A DNA stretch of 63,503 nt, filler included, from Octopus bimaculoides (Eukaryota), in NCBI RefSeq assembly GCF_001194135.2. It is 11 parts of 11 records of this genome, joined end to end, with 100 filler letters (N's around TTAATTAATTAA, not from the genome) between each part and the next. Parts side by side here need not be neighbours in the genome. Positions count along the whole stretch, not along the records: positions 26,896 to 32,489 come from NC_068983.1; positions 32,590 to 46,295 come from NC_068997.1; 9 more parts are not named here. One strand, written 5' to 3'. Position numbers and translations under genes: made by a program. Shown here one piece after another: positions 28,535 through 41,439 of this stretch. Under the pieces are notes generated by a model. It did no database searches and was not told where the DNA came from. It saw nothing but the letters and a program-made list of their open reading frames with translations. Within the stretch, counting starts at the first letter, position 1. Every line of letters begins with the position of its first letter.

Positions 28535-29900
28535 TAGGAACGTCGTTTATTGTGGTCGCTTTATAACGAGGATAATTGTTTCAAAATTCATTTTTAAATA
28601 AAGTATCTGGGACCTAATAATTTTGAAAAGTTAATTTAGATGCGAAACTTGAAATTATTAAAAGATTGAAACGAAGAGAAAGCAGTGCAACGCAGAGTAC
28701 TACTGTAATTCTGGTGTGGCTTTATCTACGCCTTTGTTTAGGCAATATTGCGAACTCGAAATTCCAAACTGTTTAGACTAAAGATTATTTAGCGAGTTAG
28801 TTAAAAGATTGTATTCAATAAATGATTCCATGTATAAGCAATAATATTTACGTACAGCCTATTTTTACGACTTCCTGAAATAGGATAACGTTACATTTAC
28901 AGGCAAGGGAAAACTGGTTTGAAAATTTTAAATATGGTATTGGATTGAACATTTCCAAAAATATTACGAAAGCATAATCGAAGGAAACAATTATGACCAT
29001 CGTTGAGCATTCAGTGTTATTGAGACTGGCCTTTGCTGGAACGAAAATGTCATCTAGAACATTATTTGACAATGCATAAACCATCGCCAATACTTGATAC
29101 TGAAAAATCAGCACTGTAACGTGGGTTGTGTGGACCGTACGTGACAGCCAATATTTAGTGAGGAGGTGGGGAACAAATATATGTTGAAAGTATGTTATGC
29201 TTCTGGAATGATAGCATGGATTTTGGAGCAGGGCGGGCAAAATCCATGCTATGCCACTGAATATGAAGAGCTCGTATTACAATCTTACTTGAAGTTAATG
29301 TTGTAGGAGACTTTTAATTAAAATCATTGAGCTCGAAAAGACTACAACAAACAAGCTCTTTCGTCAGTTGGTATTCAGTGTTTAAGTTGACATCTCATAA
29401 GTCATTAAAAGACAAATAATTTAACTTTCAAAGCTTTCTTATTTCTATACAATTTCCTTGGACTCACTAGATGCCTTATTGTATAGTGAGGAAGTTTTCT
29501 TACAGCTAAATGCAATTTCGTTTTTACAACTTATAGACCAAGGCGGTGTTTCCTCTTTCAAGGCATTCTATATCAGAACTTTGGCAAAAGAAGTTTAAGT
29601 TGAGACTAGAGAATGTGCTATTGTATTTCAAGATTTTGGAATAACTTCAATATTAAGCACTTAGTTAAAATATTCATTACTCACGGAAAGAATAAAAATC
29701 CAGATGTAGGAGAGGTATTTAGAAGAAAGCACACTTGCCTGAAAGTGCTTATGATTTTCTTGGCTTTGAAAATCTAGTGAATAATGTAACTGAAGAAATT
29801 ACTGTACGGCTGTTTGAAGAAGTTGATGCGGTGAATGTTCGGGAGTTATTGGATATACACTGGAAAGAATCTGAGGATGATGTACTCTAGGAAATAGGAC
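28535..29900 (+). mobile_element. Fossil pogo/Tigger DNA transposon
   Basis: Tigger-like left end; LDAKLEIIKRL, WFENFK, FSVIETGLCW, LQLIDQGGVSSFKAFYIRTF, FWNNFNI, GFENLVNNV, NVRELLD in shifting frames. Confidence 0.8.
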
Positions 29901-30206
29901 AAAACAGTTCATGTAAGGGGAAACAATGGGGAGACTTTGAGGGGAAAAAAGAAACAGTATTAAAAGAGCTTGTTTGTGTATAAATTCACATAGCGTTATA
30001 GGGCTTGTTCGCATATGCATTCACAAATATAAATATACACACAGACAGCTGTCCGACGAACGGGAACGCGAAACTCTGAGTAGCAGGTTTTTTGTGATGT
30101 TTTGCAGCTTTAATAATAAAGCATATTATTCTACCTCCAGTATTCGAGAACTATTTTTCTCACCTTGTTTCACTTTTATGTGCTTACTCTGGTATATACT
30201 CTTTAC

Positions 30207-30395
30207 TCTTTTATTTGTTTCAGTCATTTGACTGCGGCCATGCTGGAGCACTGCCTTTAGTCGAGCAAATCGACTCCAGGACTTATTCTTTGTAAGCCTA
30301 GTACTTATTCTATCGGTCTCTTTTTGCTGAACCGCTAAGTTACGGGGACGTAAACACACCGGCGTCGGTTGTCAAGCGATGGGGGGGGGGACAAA
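30207..30395 (-). mobile_element. SINE 3' half, well preserved
   Basis: close match to the 34730-34900 tail. Confidence 0.85.
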
Positions 30396-30691
30396 CACTT
30401 ACACTGTGCGCGTGCGCATGTGTGTGTGTGTAAACATATTTGTATGTTTGTTCATTAAGGCAAATGTAAGAAAAGAACTCGGTACGATAAAGTACAGAGC
30501 AGTTTCTGTTTTTTGAGTTACAGTTTACAAAATTCACGTTGTTTCGGTATAACACTTTCGTCAGAATTGCTGGTGAGAATATAGGAGCAATTATGAATAT
30601 AAAATATATGACATGAAGTTGTCATAAAATAAGATTTGGAGAAAAAAATGGTAGGATGGAGAAAAGCGAAAAAAAAAAACAACGATGACAA

Positions 30692-30917
<226 letters not shown>

Positions 30918-31597
30918 GCGAATAGAATACGTGAACGTAAGTGAAAAAATCTGAGAATGTGAGCGGGGCAAGATCCATAACCGATATTCAATATACAGTA
31001 TAAGGGCAAAAAATCGAAGGAGTTTTAAATTTAAATTTTGGCCTCTATGAAGTATAAGGTCAAAGTTTGTTTGTAAACAGGAAAATTGGAAGAAGTTAGA
31101 ATTAGCTATGGCTGTGTGATATGGGCGCTGGTAATTAAGAAACCGTTTGGATGAAATTAAACGTAAAACTGCATGCTATGTAAGTAAATATACTAGGAGC
31201 TTACAAGAATAAAGAGATATCAATGTGGATACCATTTACCAAAGAACATTCGCAGATTATATGGATGTTTATAAAGTAACTAATACGTTGGTGTACTAAC
31301 GAGAAAATAAGAACGAAATTATGTACAAGTGTGTTTGTAAAACAATTCAGGTGCAATTACATATGTATACATACAAAAATAACTTCCAATGATATCAAAT
31401 TTTGTTATATGCGTTAATAAAGAAAAATACTCAAGAGTACACGCAGTCCCCCAAAATACAGTCGTCTACAAGGAGTCTCTTGTTTGCATATTTACTAAAA
31501 TACAAACAGATATGCAAGCATATATACAATATACATGCATGCATATGCATACGCACATACGCATATATATATATACACACACACATATATATACGCT

Positions 31598-31658
<61 letters not shown>

Positions 31659-31659
<1 letters not shown>

Positions 31660-32200
31660 CTAGCAGAAATACCCGGCTTTGCTCGGGTTAAAGAGAATAA
31701 TGAAATCTAAAAACGCCGTCTAGACTACGCAGCCCTCAACTGTTAGTAGCTACGATACCATATTTCTACATTAATAACTCTCCAATCCATGCCAGCATGG
31801 AACATAGACATTAAGTGGAATGCCAGTNNNNNNNNNNNNNNNNNNNNNNNNNNNNNNNNNNNNNNNNNNNNNNNNNNNNNNNNNNNNNNNNNNNNNNNNN
31901 NNNNNNNNNNNNNNNNNNNNNNNNNNNNNNNNNNNNNNNNNNNNNNNNNNNNNNNNNNNNNNNNNNNNNNNNNNNNNNNNNNNNNNNNNNNNNNNNNNNN
32001 ATCTAAAAGGGTAGTCTTACACTGTTGTACCGTTGAATTACAAATAATGCTCATCTGTTATGTTCGGGTTAAAATTTCATCAACATCAAAAATATATGAA
32101 TTTTCATGGGAGTTATGGCCGTTATGCATAGAATATAATTTCCAAATTTCATAAAGATCCGTTCAGTACTTTTGACGTAGTTTTGGATAAGAAAACAAAT
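31659..32200 (+). mobile_element. Helitron/Helentron-like non-autonomous element spanning a gap
   Basis: ACTAG start with acccgg..ctcgggt hairpin; ccaaatttcataaagatccgttcagt 3' block. Confidence 0.5.
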
Positions 32201-32431
32201 GACTAATGTGTGTGTTTGTGTGCATGTGTATGTGTGTGATGGGTGTATATATGTATAGATATCTGTATGCATGTATATATATGTATGTATGTGTACATAT
32301 TACATGTACATCTATATATATACATCTACACATATGTATACATATACATGTATGCATATAGATCTATATCTATATCTATATATATATCTGTAAATATACG
32401 TGTACATATACATCTATATGTATACATATAC

Positions 32432-32489
<58 letters not shown>

Positions 32490-32624
32490 NNNNNNNNNNN
32501 NNNNNNNNNNNNNNNNNNNNNNNNNNNNNNNNNTTAATTAATTAANNNNNNNNNNNNNNNNNNNNNNNNNNNNNNNNNNNNNNNNNNNNTATATATATAT
32601 ATATATATATAGTGTGTGTGTCTG

Positions 32625-32880
32625 TGTTTTACTGTCTCCTTGCCTTGGCATTACAAGACAGTTGTAAATGAAGGTTGCCATTATGCAAGAGTTGTCCTTT
32701 GTTCCCAATCTTTTGTGGAAACATGTCTGGTTGTGAAGAAATGTTACCTTACACAGAAAAAAGTGAGGATTAGCAACTGGAAGGGCATCTGGCTGCAAAA
32801 AATCTGCCTCAACAAAATATTCAGCCTGACCCATGCGAACATGGAAGAGTGGACATTAAAACAATGATTAATGATGATGC
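32625..32880 (+). mobile_element. SINE 3' part with RTE-like tail
   Basis: ggaagggcatctggctgcaaaaaatctgcc...cccatgcgaacatggaagagtggacattaaa. Confidence 0.7.
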
Positions 32881-33523
32881 AATTATAGATACATAAATAG
32901 ATAGAAAGATGACTGGCAAAAGCAAATATTTCTTTTATAATAATTTTGCCTCACCATACATTTTACCCCTTCACCTCACTCTTCTTTCCTTCCCCACCAT
33001 CTCTCTTCTTCCTCCCTTTCCACTCTCTTTCTCTCCCTTTCTCATCTTCTCTCTTTCTGTCTCTGGACCTCTTTCTTTTACCAATTCCTCTTTAATCTGA
33101 CTATATTAGGAATTCTGAACAACAAAATACTATCGGGCTTCACTCATGGATGCTCCCACCCCACCATGGTAAATGTCAAATGGCTATTACTGACACTACA
33201 AGGCTCCACCAAACATTCACTGACAAAATAATTACCACACACAAAAAAAAATTATACTACACAAAATCAAGCTCAATGCATTTTGCCCATCTCCTCTGCC
33301 ATCTCACATTTGCTTTTACCTCTCTACACCACCCACCTTAATTTCTGACCAACAAAAATAACAAAAAGAAAGAAAAGAGATATATTTGGATGCTATTATG
33401 TCGGTCACAGGAAGTCCATCTTGTGAAGAATTAATTCTACTTACCATTATTCATAGCGACATATTCTAAATTTGAGCTGAAGTGAGAGACTTCAAACTGG
33501 TCTCTTAGAATTGCTAGAAATAA

Positions 33524-33721
33524 CTGCAGGCATGACTCTGTAGTAAGACGCTTACTTCCCAACTACATGATCTCAGGTTCAGTCTCACTGTGTGGCACCT
33601 AGGGCAAGTGTCTCTTACAATAACCATGGGCTGACCAAAACCTTGTGACTGGATTTGGTAGACGAAAACTAAAAGAAGCCTGTTGTATATATACATACAT
33701 ACATACATACATGTATGTGTG

Positions 33722-33786
<65 letters not shown>

Positions 33787-33990
33787 CTATGTGTGTGTGT
33801 GTGTGTGTCTTTGACAGCTGGTGTTGGTGTATTTTCATCCTAGTAACTTAGTGGTTTAGCAAAAGAGACTAACAGAATAAGTTACAGGCTTTAAAAAAAA
33901 ATCCTGGGGTTGATTTATTTGACTAAAAATTATCCAAGGTAGTGCCCCAGCATGGCCACAATCTAATGACCGAAATAAGTAAAAGATAAA
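33524..33990 (+). mobile_element. Full-length SINE with internal microsatellite
   Basis: tRNA-like head, (TA)n(GA)n(GT)n centre, ccagcatggccaca tail. Confidence 0.85.
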
Positions 33991-34368
33991 ACATGTATAA
34001 TCTTTTTATTTTGCTTGAGTCCTAGGATTCATAAAGCTGGTTACCTGGCTTGCATGGTTTATAAGTGACTGAGATCAGAATAGTCTCCCTGGCTGTGTCA
34101 CTGGTTCATTGCAGGGTCTAGCTGGTTAATGATGCACAGCTGCATTCAATAAAATTGCAGCTGTGCATTGTTAACCAGCTAGAGGAGATGTCCTCTTGGG
34201 GTTAAAAAATCGCAGTAGACTCTGTTTGAATGGACAGCCATGTTAAAGTGGCTACAAATGTTACTTGTCAGTACAACTACTGTGTTGCTCTCTTAGAGAG
34301 ATTTTAAAACTAGCATTTTTTCTTGTTGCAAAATCAGCGACTGTGTGTTCGCTTGAAATATATATATT

Positions 34369-34528
34369 CAATGTGTACAAATAACAAGGAAAAAATAAAT
34401 AAATAGTTACCAGGGTAGCAAAATTTCACATAAGTGTCAAGGACATTACAGCCTACTTATAAAGGTAGAAATTCCAGGGTTAAGTAAAATGTTTTTGTAT
34501 AACATGGATAAATTAAGAAATGGAGTCA
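34369..34528. repeat. Unclassified 160-bp dispersed repeat; second copy at 53203-53361
   Basis: caatgtgtacaaataacaaggaaaaaataaataaata...gataaattaagaaatggagtca in both places. Confidence 0.85.
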
Positions 34529-34544
34529 AACACAGGCGTTATTC

Positions 34545-34661
34545 AAGGTTCTGGGTTCAGTCCCACTGCGTGGCACCTTGGGCAAGTGGCTTCTACTATA
34601 GCTTCGGGCTGACCAAAGTCTTGTGAGTGGATTTGGTAGATGGAAACTGAAAGAAGCCTGT

Positions 34662-34706
<45 letters not shown>

Positions 34707-34900
34707 CTGTGCTTGTTGCCCCAACATTGCTTGACAACCTATGCTGGTGTGTTTACGCCCCCATAACTTAGCGGTTAGGCAAAAGGTACCGATAGAATAA
34801 GCACTAGGCTTACAAAGAATTAGTCCTGAGGTTGATTTGCTTGACTAAAGGCGGTGCTCCAGCATGGCCACAGTCAAATGACTGAAACAAATAAAAGAAT
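34545..34900 (+). mobile_element. Near full-length SINE with internal (TA)n
   Basis: head and tail both close to the other copies in the window. Confidence 0.9.
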
Positions 34901-35191
34901 TAAAGAATATATAAATGTGTGTGTCTGTGTGTGTGTGTCCTTCATTTCTAATATTCTATGGAAACATTTCTGGCTATGGGGAAATGTTAACTTGCTTGAA
35001 TTTTTAATCACCTTTTGTTTTGAACTTGACAAAGACAGACGTACTGTCGAAATATTGTTCAATGAATAAAACATTTATACAATCGAATCGCGCTATTCGT
35101 CTTGACTATTTACCTTCGTGAAGAGTTATGTCAATCCTTTTAAAATTATTATTATTATTATTATTATTATTATCTTTATTACTATTTTCAG

Positions 35192-35359
35192 ATAGAAAGT
35201 TCTGGTGAGGCTCTGGTGAAGACCCGTAACTATGTGAACCATTCTTTAGCCTGCGTTGCAGGCCAGATTGGAACTGCAGCTGATAAGTTTCTTCAACTTC
35301 TTGATGAGGAGAACAAACGAATTGATGAGGCAGCAGCCATTATCAGTGAACTCACATCA
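35192..35359 (+). CDS. ABI: Abl interactor exon (second coding exon equivalent), WAVE-binding / Abi_HHR region
   Basis: ttttcag / gtaagt; 168 nt, phase 0-0; IESSGEALVKTRNYVNHSLACVAGQIGTAADKFLQLLDEENKRIDEAAAIISELTS aligns with ABI1 [32 protein letters not shown]. Confidence 0.9.
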
Positions 35360-35404
35360 GTAAGTTGTTGTTGTATTGGTGAAGGTGTGGTAGTAATGGT
35401 ATAG

Positions 35405-35506
<102 letters not shown>

Positions 35507-35699
35507 TTGTATATTGTTCAAATTTACAGAAAACAAAAGACGAAGACAGGTGTAGGAACAACAAGTAGGTGTATTAGTTTAATGCTTGAGAAGAATGGAA
35601 AACTCTTTTACTTTTTGCGCCTACACTCTTAAATGGATTAAGAGGAAAAAGGGGAGAGAGAATGAAAAAAATTTTTTGTAGGGATTAACGGTTCAACAT

Positions 35700-35850
35700 G
35701 ACTTCATACAGTTTCCATGTACCAAATTCACTCACAAAGCCTTCATTGGCTCAGGGCTGTAGAAGATACTTGTTCTCAAGGTACTGAGCAGTGAGACTGG
35801 ACCTGAAACCATATGGTTGAGATGCAGACTTCTTAATACCTGCCCCTACT
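35700..35850 (-). mobile_element. SINE 5' half
   Basis: reverse of the 2066-type head. Confidence 0.65.
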
Positions 35851-36224
35851 GACTTTCCCTGCTCACCACCTTTCTTCTTTGTTGACCAAATGTGGTCAGC
35901 TGTGATTGCTTGAAGCATGTTTGGTCATTGTTTTATTTTCTTTACCACGTCGTCTATGTCTATTGTGAATTGTAGGAAGTAGTTCTGTGTAACTCTTTGG
36001 TAGTAGGGCACACAGAGGGGTGGTTTATCAAATGGCAGAGTAGTAGTCAGGGTATACCAGAGGGTGATGTAGATGGTTGTGGTGGTGGTGTACACAATAT
36101 GAAGGGGTAATGGTGGATGCAAAGTCTGGTGCTGTACCATGTGGAGAGTGTGGGCATAAGCATGTTTTAAACTCGAGAGCCCGTCTTGAATAATTTATTC
36201 ATATCTTGTCATTTCTTTTTGCAG

Positions 36225-36416
36225 TTAACAGCATTCCATGAACAGAAGATTAGTCGTCGATGTATTGCCCAATTACTGTGTAAAAAGGGCCAATCTCATG
36301 TTGTGCCCAGTGGTAAGGGTATCATTGTGTACCCTTCTAAATTGCAGAAATCTGCTCAATACAAGAGAGCTCCCATAGATTATTCTGCATTAGACGATAT
36401 TGGTAATGGTGTGAAG
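36225..36416 (+). CDS. ABI: Abl interactor exon, Abi_HHR region
   Basis: tttttgcag / gtaagt; 192 nt, phase 0-0; LTAFHEQKISRRCIAQL...YKRAPIDYSALDDIGNGVK matches ABI HKEKVARREIG...YIRKPIDY..LDDVGHGVK. Confidence 0.92.
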
Positions 36417-36431
36417 GTAAGTACTGTCATT

Positions 36432-36473
<42 letters not shown>

Positions 36474-38683
36474 GTCATTGTCATCGTCGTCGTCATCATC
36501 GTTGGGGGAATAACACAGACACACATATGCACACATACATGCACACACGCACAAACGCACACATGCACACACACACGCACACATATATATAAATATATAT
36601 ACGACACGCTTCTTTCAGTTACCATCTACCAAATCCATTCCAAGGAATCTAATGCTCTTAGCTTAGTTTTTCCTTGGGGCTGGCCAGATTGGAGCAATAT
36701 CGAGAATAACCAGCCGAAATTGCAAAGATAATCTGGATCTCGACTGAAGAGAGAAAACTCCGAATGACATGTCCGTGTTTCCTTGTATCATCTATCTGTA
36801 TGTTTTGTCCCTTTCTTGTATCACCTAACTGTCTGGATGTTTTGCGTTCTTGTCCCATTCAATATTATATATATATATATGTATGTGAGTAAAAATAAAT
36901 ACAAAAAAAGGGGTTTTGTATGATTGTGTATAGAGGAATATATTATTTTGTTTAAAAGAGTTCCAACTCTGTCTGTTTTTTATGTTTTATTTATATTCTT
37001 GCAAAACCAATGTGGGATATAGAATANNNNNNNNNNNNNNNNNNNNNNNNNNNNNNNNNNNNNNNNNNNNNNNNNNNNNNNNNNNNNNNNNNNNNNNNNN
37101 NNNNNNNNNNNNNNNNNNNNNNNNNNNNNNNNNNNNNNNNNNNNNNNNNNNNNNNNNNNNNNNNNNNNNNNNNNNNNNNNNNNNNNNNNNNNNNNNNNNN
37201 NNNNNNNNNNNNNNNNNNNNNNNNNNNNNNNNNNNNNNNNNNNNNNNNNNNNNNNNNNNNNNNNNNNNNNNNNNNNNNNNNNNNNNNNNNNNNNNNNNNN
37301 NNNNNNNNNNNNNNNNNNNNNNNNATATATATATATATATATACTCTCTTCTTCCACACTGTATTGGGACCATTTTATCATTTCACCTACACTTGAAAAG
37401 TGGTCATCTCATCTCTTCAGCCAGACAAAAGGGTCTTGTTGATTATGTGTTGTCCCTGCTTTTTGGTTAACTATTTTACAGTGTTCTGGCTTCATCTCAT
37501 TGCAGCACCGGCACCAGTGAGGTTGCTTTCTTTCTCTGCAAAACTAAAGAGTTCTCTACCTTATATTGTCTCTGTTTAATGTAGTATGACTGGGAGGGTG
37601 AACTGAAGAGAGAGGGTCAGTCATTGAAGGAAGTGGGAGGTGAGATTATAGAAAAGAAGGGAGTAATAGAAGAGACATAGAGATGCTATTCAGTAATTGA
37701 ACAAAAACAGGGATATGGCATCTATGTTTGCTAGTTTGATTAAGTTGTAGACTGCTTAAATGATGATCTCAGATTTATGGGAATATGGGGCTATTGAACA
37801 CAACTGTTCAGGGAAGAGCATCTAAAGAGGTGGCAGTGGCCCAGCTGATAGTGGAGAGAGCAGGAGGGAGAGAGAGGGAGAGAGTGAGGGAGAGAAAGAA
37901 AAAGGTGGTGGGGAGTGCCTGAAAAGGCTTGAGCAACTCAGACTAAGATATACATAATACAGATGCTGAATTGCTGGCAAATGAAATAGATGAGCAGATT
38001 GTGTATATGGGTATAACTATGTGTGTGTGTCTTTGTGAAAATGTATGTGTGTGTCTGTGTATAACTGTGTGTTTGTTTGTGTGTATGTTGTGCATGTATG
38101 TCTGCATGTGCATGTGTATATATCTGTATGTAGATATATGCATGCAGGGCATTTGTGTATGTTCAGTTTACTTGTTAGATATTTCTACCTAATTTAGGAG
38201 AAAGGTGACTGGAAATTCCATGGAATCTAAATGGCAGCAATAGGTATTTGGTAAAATTCCTGCCGGAAGCCATTATTACTCACTTCTAATACTGGCTTCA
38301 AATTCTGGCACAAGACCAGCAATTTTTAGGAAGGGGACAAGTCAATTACATTGATCCCGGTGCTCATTTTATGGACCCTGAAAGGATAAAAGGCAAAGTC
38401 GACCTCGGTTTGACTTACAGCTGTTTCAAGGAGTCAATATAGGTTTGTAATTGATTGGTTTACTCGATTGGCCCATTCATTGGTTGAAAAAAAATTGAAT
38501 GATCTAGTGAATTAATGCTACTTCATCAGAGTCATATCTGTTTATATGTCTGTCTACATGTGGAAATTTCAGTTTCAATTAGTTGGTTTTGACTAATTCC
38601 ATTCTATTATCTATACTCTACTGCCAGTATTCCATACTTTTTCCCTTATGTTAACTCATTTTTTTTTTGTATTCCTCCTACAG

Positions 38684-39038
38684 ATAGAAACACAGTACGG
38701 TCCCACAATCAGTATTCATACGTATGCTCGAGGCCTGAATCGAAACTCAAGCCTGAAGGGTCGCAGTTCCAAATCCCAACCTTCAGGTTATGCAACCATC
38801 AGCCATTCAGGTGTCTATTCTCAATACAGGGTGACTGGTCAACCTTTACTTAATTCCAGTTCTTCACAGCCATCCATTTACAAATCCATAGCACCCCCTG
38901 TTGCCCCTGTATCTCCTGTTCGAAGGTCTAAATTGATTTACGCCACCCAACGCAGTGCCTCAGTGGACATCAATAGAGACATTTTCACAGACTCTCTACT
39001 CAGAAAAAACAGAAGCCATTCAGTGGCACCGGATTATG
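38684..39038 (+). CDS. ABI: Abl interactor exon, Ser/Pro-rich middle region
   Basis: polypyrimidine tract + cag / gtgagt; 355 nt, phase 0-1; open frame IETQYGPTISIHT...SHSVAPDY. Confidence 0.85.
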
Positions 39039-39545
39039 GTGAGTACAATACAGTTGAGTACAGTAAAGTACAACTGGGCGCAATAGAGCAGAGTACAGTA
39101 AAGTACAACTGGGTGCAATAGAGCAGAGTACATTACAATATAGTAATGTGATATAGTACAAGGAGTGGAATATAATGCAGCAGCATTCAGTGTAGTTGAA
39201 CAGAGTACAGCATAATGCACTGTAGTACATTGGGATAGAGTACAATAGAGTGCAGATAGCAGAGTATAGTACAATGTAGTAGAGTGCAAGACAGTAGAGT
39301 ACAGCTCAGTAGAGTATTGTATAAAATACAGTATAGTGAGGTAATGTACAGTACACTAGAATATAGTAGAATATAGACTAGAGTAGATTGTATTATAGTG
39401 TTATACATTTGAGTGCAGTACAGCAGAGTACAATTGAGTATAGCACAGAAGACTACAGTACAGTACAGTGCAGTTAGTGTAATATGATGCAGTATGCTAT
39501 GATACAGTATAGTATGGCCTGACAGAACAAATACAGTGCAGTATA
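39039..39545. repeat. Degenerate pentanucleotide (AGTAC-like) satellite
   Basis: 5-bp periodicity starting at the ABI exon donor. Confidence 0.85.
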
Positions 39546-39596
39546 ACCATCACTTGAAAGTGTGATAACACATCTTTCTTTTGCTATTTACTTTAG

Positions 39597-39626
39597 GTTC
39601 CTCAGTCTCAACCAGACATAGGCCCA
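39597..39626 (+). CDS. Candidate 30-nt symmetric (phase 1-1) microexon in ABI
   Basis: strong pyrimidine tract catctttcttttgctatttactttag; open frame (G)SSVSTRHRP; donor GTAGAA is weak. Confidence 0.3.
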
Positions 39627-39652
39627 GTAGAAACATTCAGGATAACTTAAAG

Positions 39653-39684
<32 letters not shown>

Positions 39685-39714
39685 AAGAGAGATATTTATA
39701 TATATATTAAAAAG

Positions 39715-40005
39715 CACTTGTGCATCGCCAAGTACAAGGCACTCGTGCTGGTGGCATGTAACAAGTACTTGTACTGGTGCCATGTAGTAACGCCCATGCA
39801 GGTGAAATGTAAAAAGGCACCAAGTACACTCTGTAAAGTGACTGGTGTTAGGAAGGGCATCCAGCTGTAGAAACCATACTGAAATGGACAACTGGAGCCT
39901 GCGCAGCTCTGGCTGGTAAACTCTTGTCAAACTCTCTAAATCATGCCAGCATGGAAAACACATGGCTGCAGTTTAATGACTGAAATAAGTAAAAGATAAA
40001 AGAAA
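39715..40005 (+). mobile_element. SINE with RTE-like tail
   Basis: gtgttaggaagggcatccagctgtagaaacc...catgccagcatggaaa. Confidence 0.75.
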
Positions 40006-40319
40006 TCAAGTATTTCATCTCTGATATGAGTGTCATGGCATGGTAAGTAGAAAAGATGAAAGGGTACAGAATAGTATAGGTGGGTTGGGGTGCATGAAGA
40101 TGTGAGCCCAGAGGTGGAATGAGGTGGCTGGATGCTGTTTGGATGCTGATGATTTGGCATGCCTAACTGTTTGGACACTGGTGATTTGGCATGGCTAACT
40201 GGACATTCAGCTTGTTTTTTAACACTACTTTTTGATGCTGGATTCAAACACACACAAACATATGCCTGTACATGCAGAAACATGCGCATGCAGAAATATA
40301 CACAGATAGAAAGATTTAC

Positions 40320-40394
<75 letters not shown>

Positions 40395-40508
40395 GAGAAG
40401 AGAGAGAAAGACATAATTTATAAATTGAACATTATTGGTATAAACATTTTCCATCTCCTTGTACATATAAAGAGAAATATGCTCACTTGCATAAATGTCT
40501 TATATCAA

Positions 40509-40910
40509 ACTAGTAAATGCACCTGTCCTATGGACGGTTTAAGTTGCTATTGTAGTATTTTTTCACCAAATAATTGAACTACCAAGGAGGTTTGTGTGTA
40601 GCATGCCAATCTAAGTTTCTGATTAAGTTAGGAATGGAAAATCAAATTGAAGGCTGATTATTGTGGAGGTCGTTGCACTTTAATGATCATAGAACATATA
40701 AGTTTACAAGCGATGCAAAGTAGAGCTACTGAAGTGTTTTGGGAGTAGATTATGGATAATGACTACAAGATATAGTTGTTCTAATGCATAACCATCCTTG
40801 GGACATAAGTAATGCGTGTGTAAAGTTTGGTGAAAATCGGTTGAGAATTGTGGAAATGTATGCGTTAATCAATATACACACACATACTGTGATTTATACA
40901 TGCTAGATAA
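40509..40910 (+). mobile_element. Helitron/Helentron-like non-autonomous element
   Basis: ACTAG start with ctgtcc-tat-ggacgg hairpin; aagtttggtgaaaatcggttgag 3' block. Confidence 0.5.
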
Positions 40911-41149
40911 GTCAGCATCAAAATAGTGATGCCAAATAGTTGGTGCCAAAATGGATGTGACAAAACAACTCCTACCAACCCAGATGGTACAGAATAAGTG
41001 CAGTAGTTAGGAGAATAGATGGTGGTGAAATGTGAGAGTAGGAAATGGACAAAAGACTAAAGCATGGACGCATGCACAAAACAATAGGCAACAGAAGGGT
41101 GTATGGGTAAAATGTTAATGCTATCTTTTACTGTTTACTTGTTTCTATC

Positions 41150-41310
41150 ATTAGACAGCTCCATGCCTTGAAGAATTTATAGTTAAATGAATTGACTCCA
41201 GTACTTGTTTTTTGTTCTTTTTAAGCCTGATACTTATTCTATTGATCTCTTTTGCTGAACTGCTAAGTTATGGGAACATAAACACAATAACACTAGTTGT
41301 CAAGCAGGGT
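41150..41310 (-). mobile_element. SINE 3' half
   Basis: reverse tail as at 2674. Confidence 0.7.
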
Positions 41311-41439
41311 ACATCCTCAGACACAAAGACACACACATATGTATGTGTGTATGTGTGTGTGTTTGTGTGTGTATATATATATAATTACTAGATGTGGTTT
41401 AGGGTATTTGTGTATAGTATCAGTATCACTTGGATGTGG

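Noticed and set aside
28848-29240. 130-aa non-repetitive minus-strand ORF
   Set aside because: Antisense to the decayed Tigger transposase.
32590-35190. Search for ABI exon 1 (EEIP...DYCE.NY-like)
   Set aside because: Not found in this scaffold piece or upstream in the window; probably in a gap or another piece.
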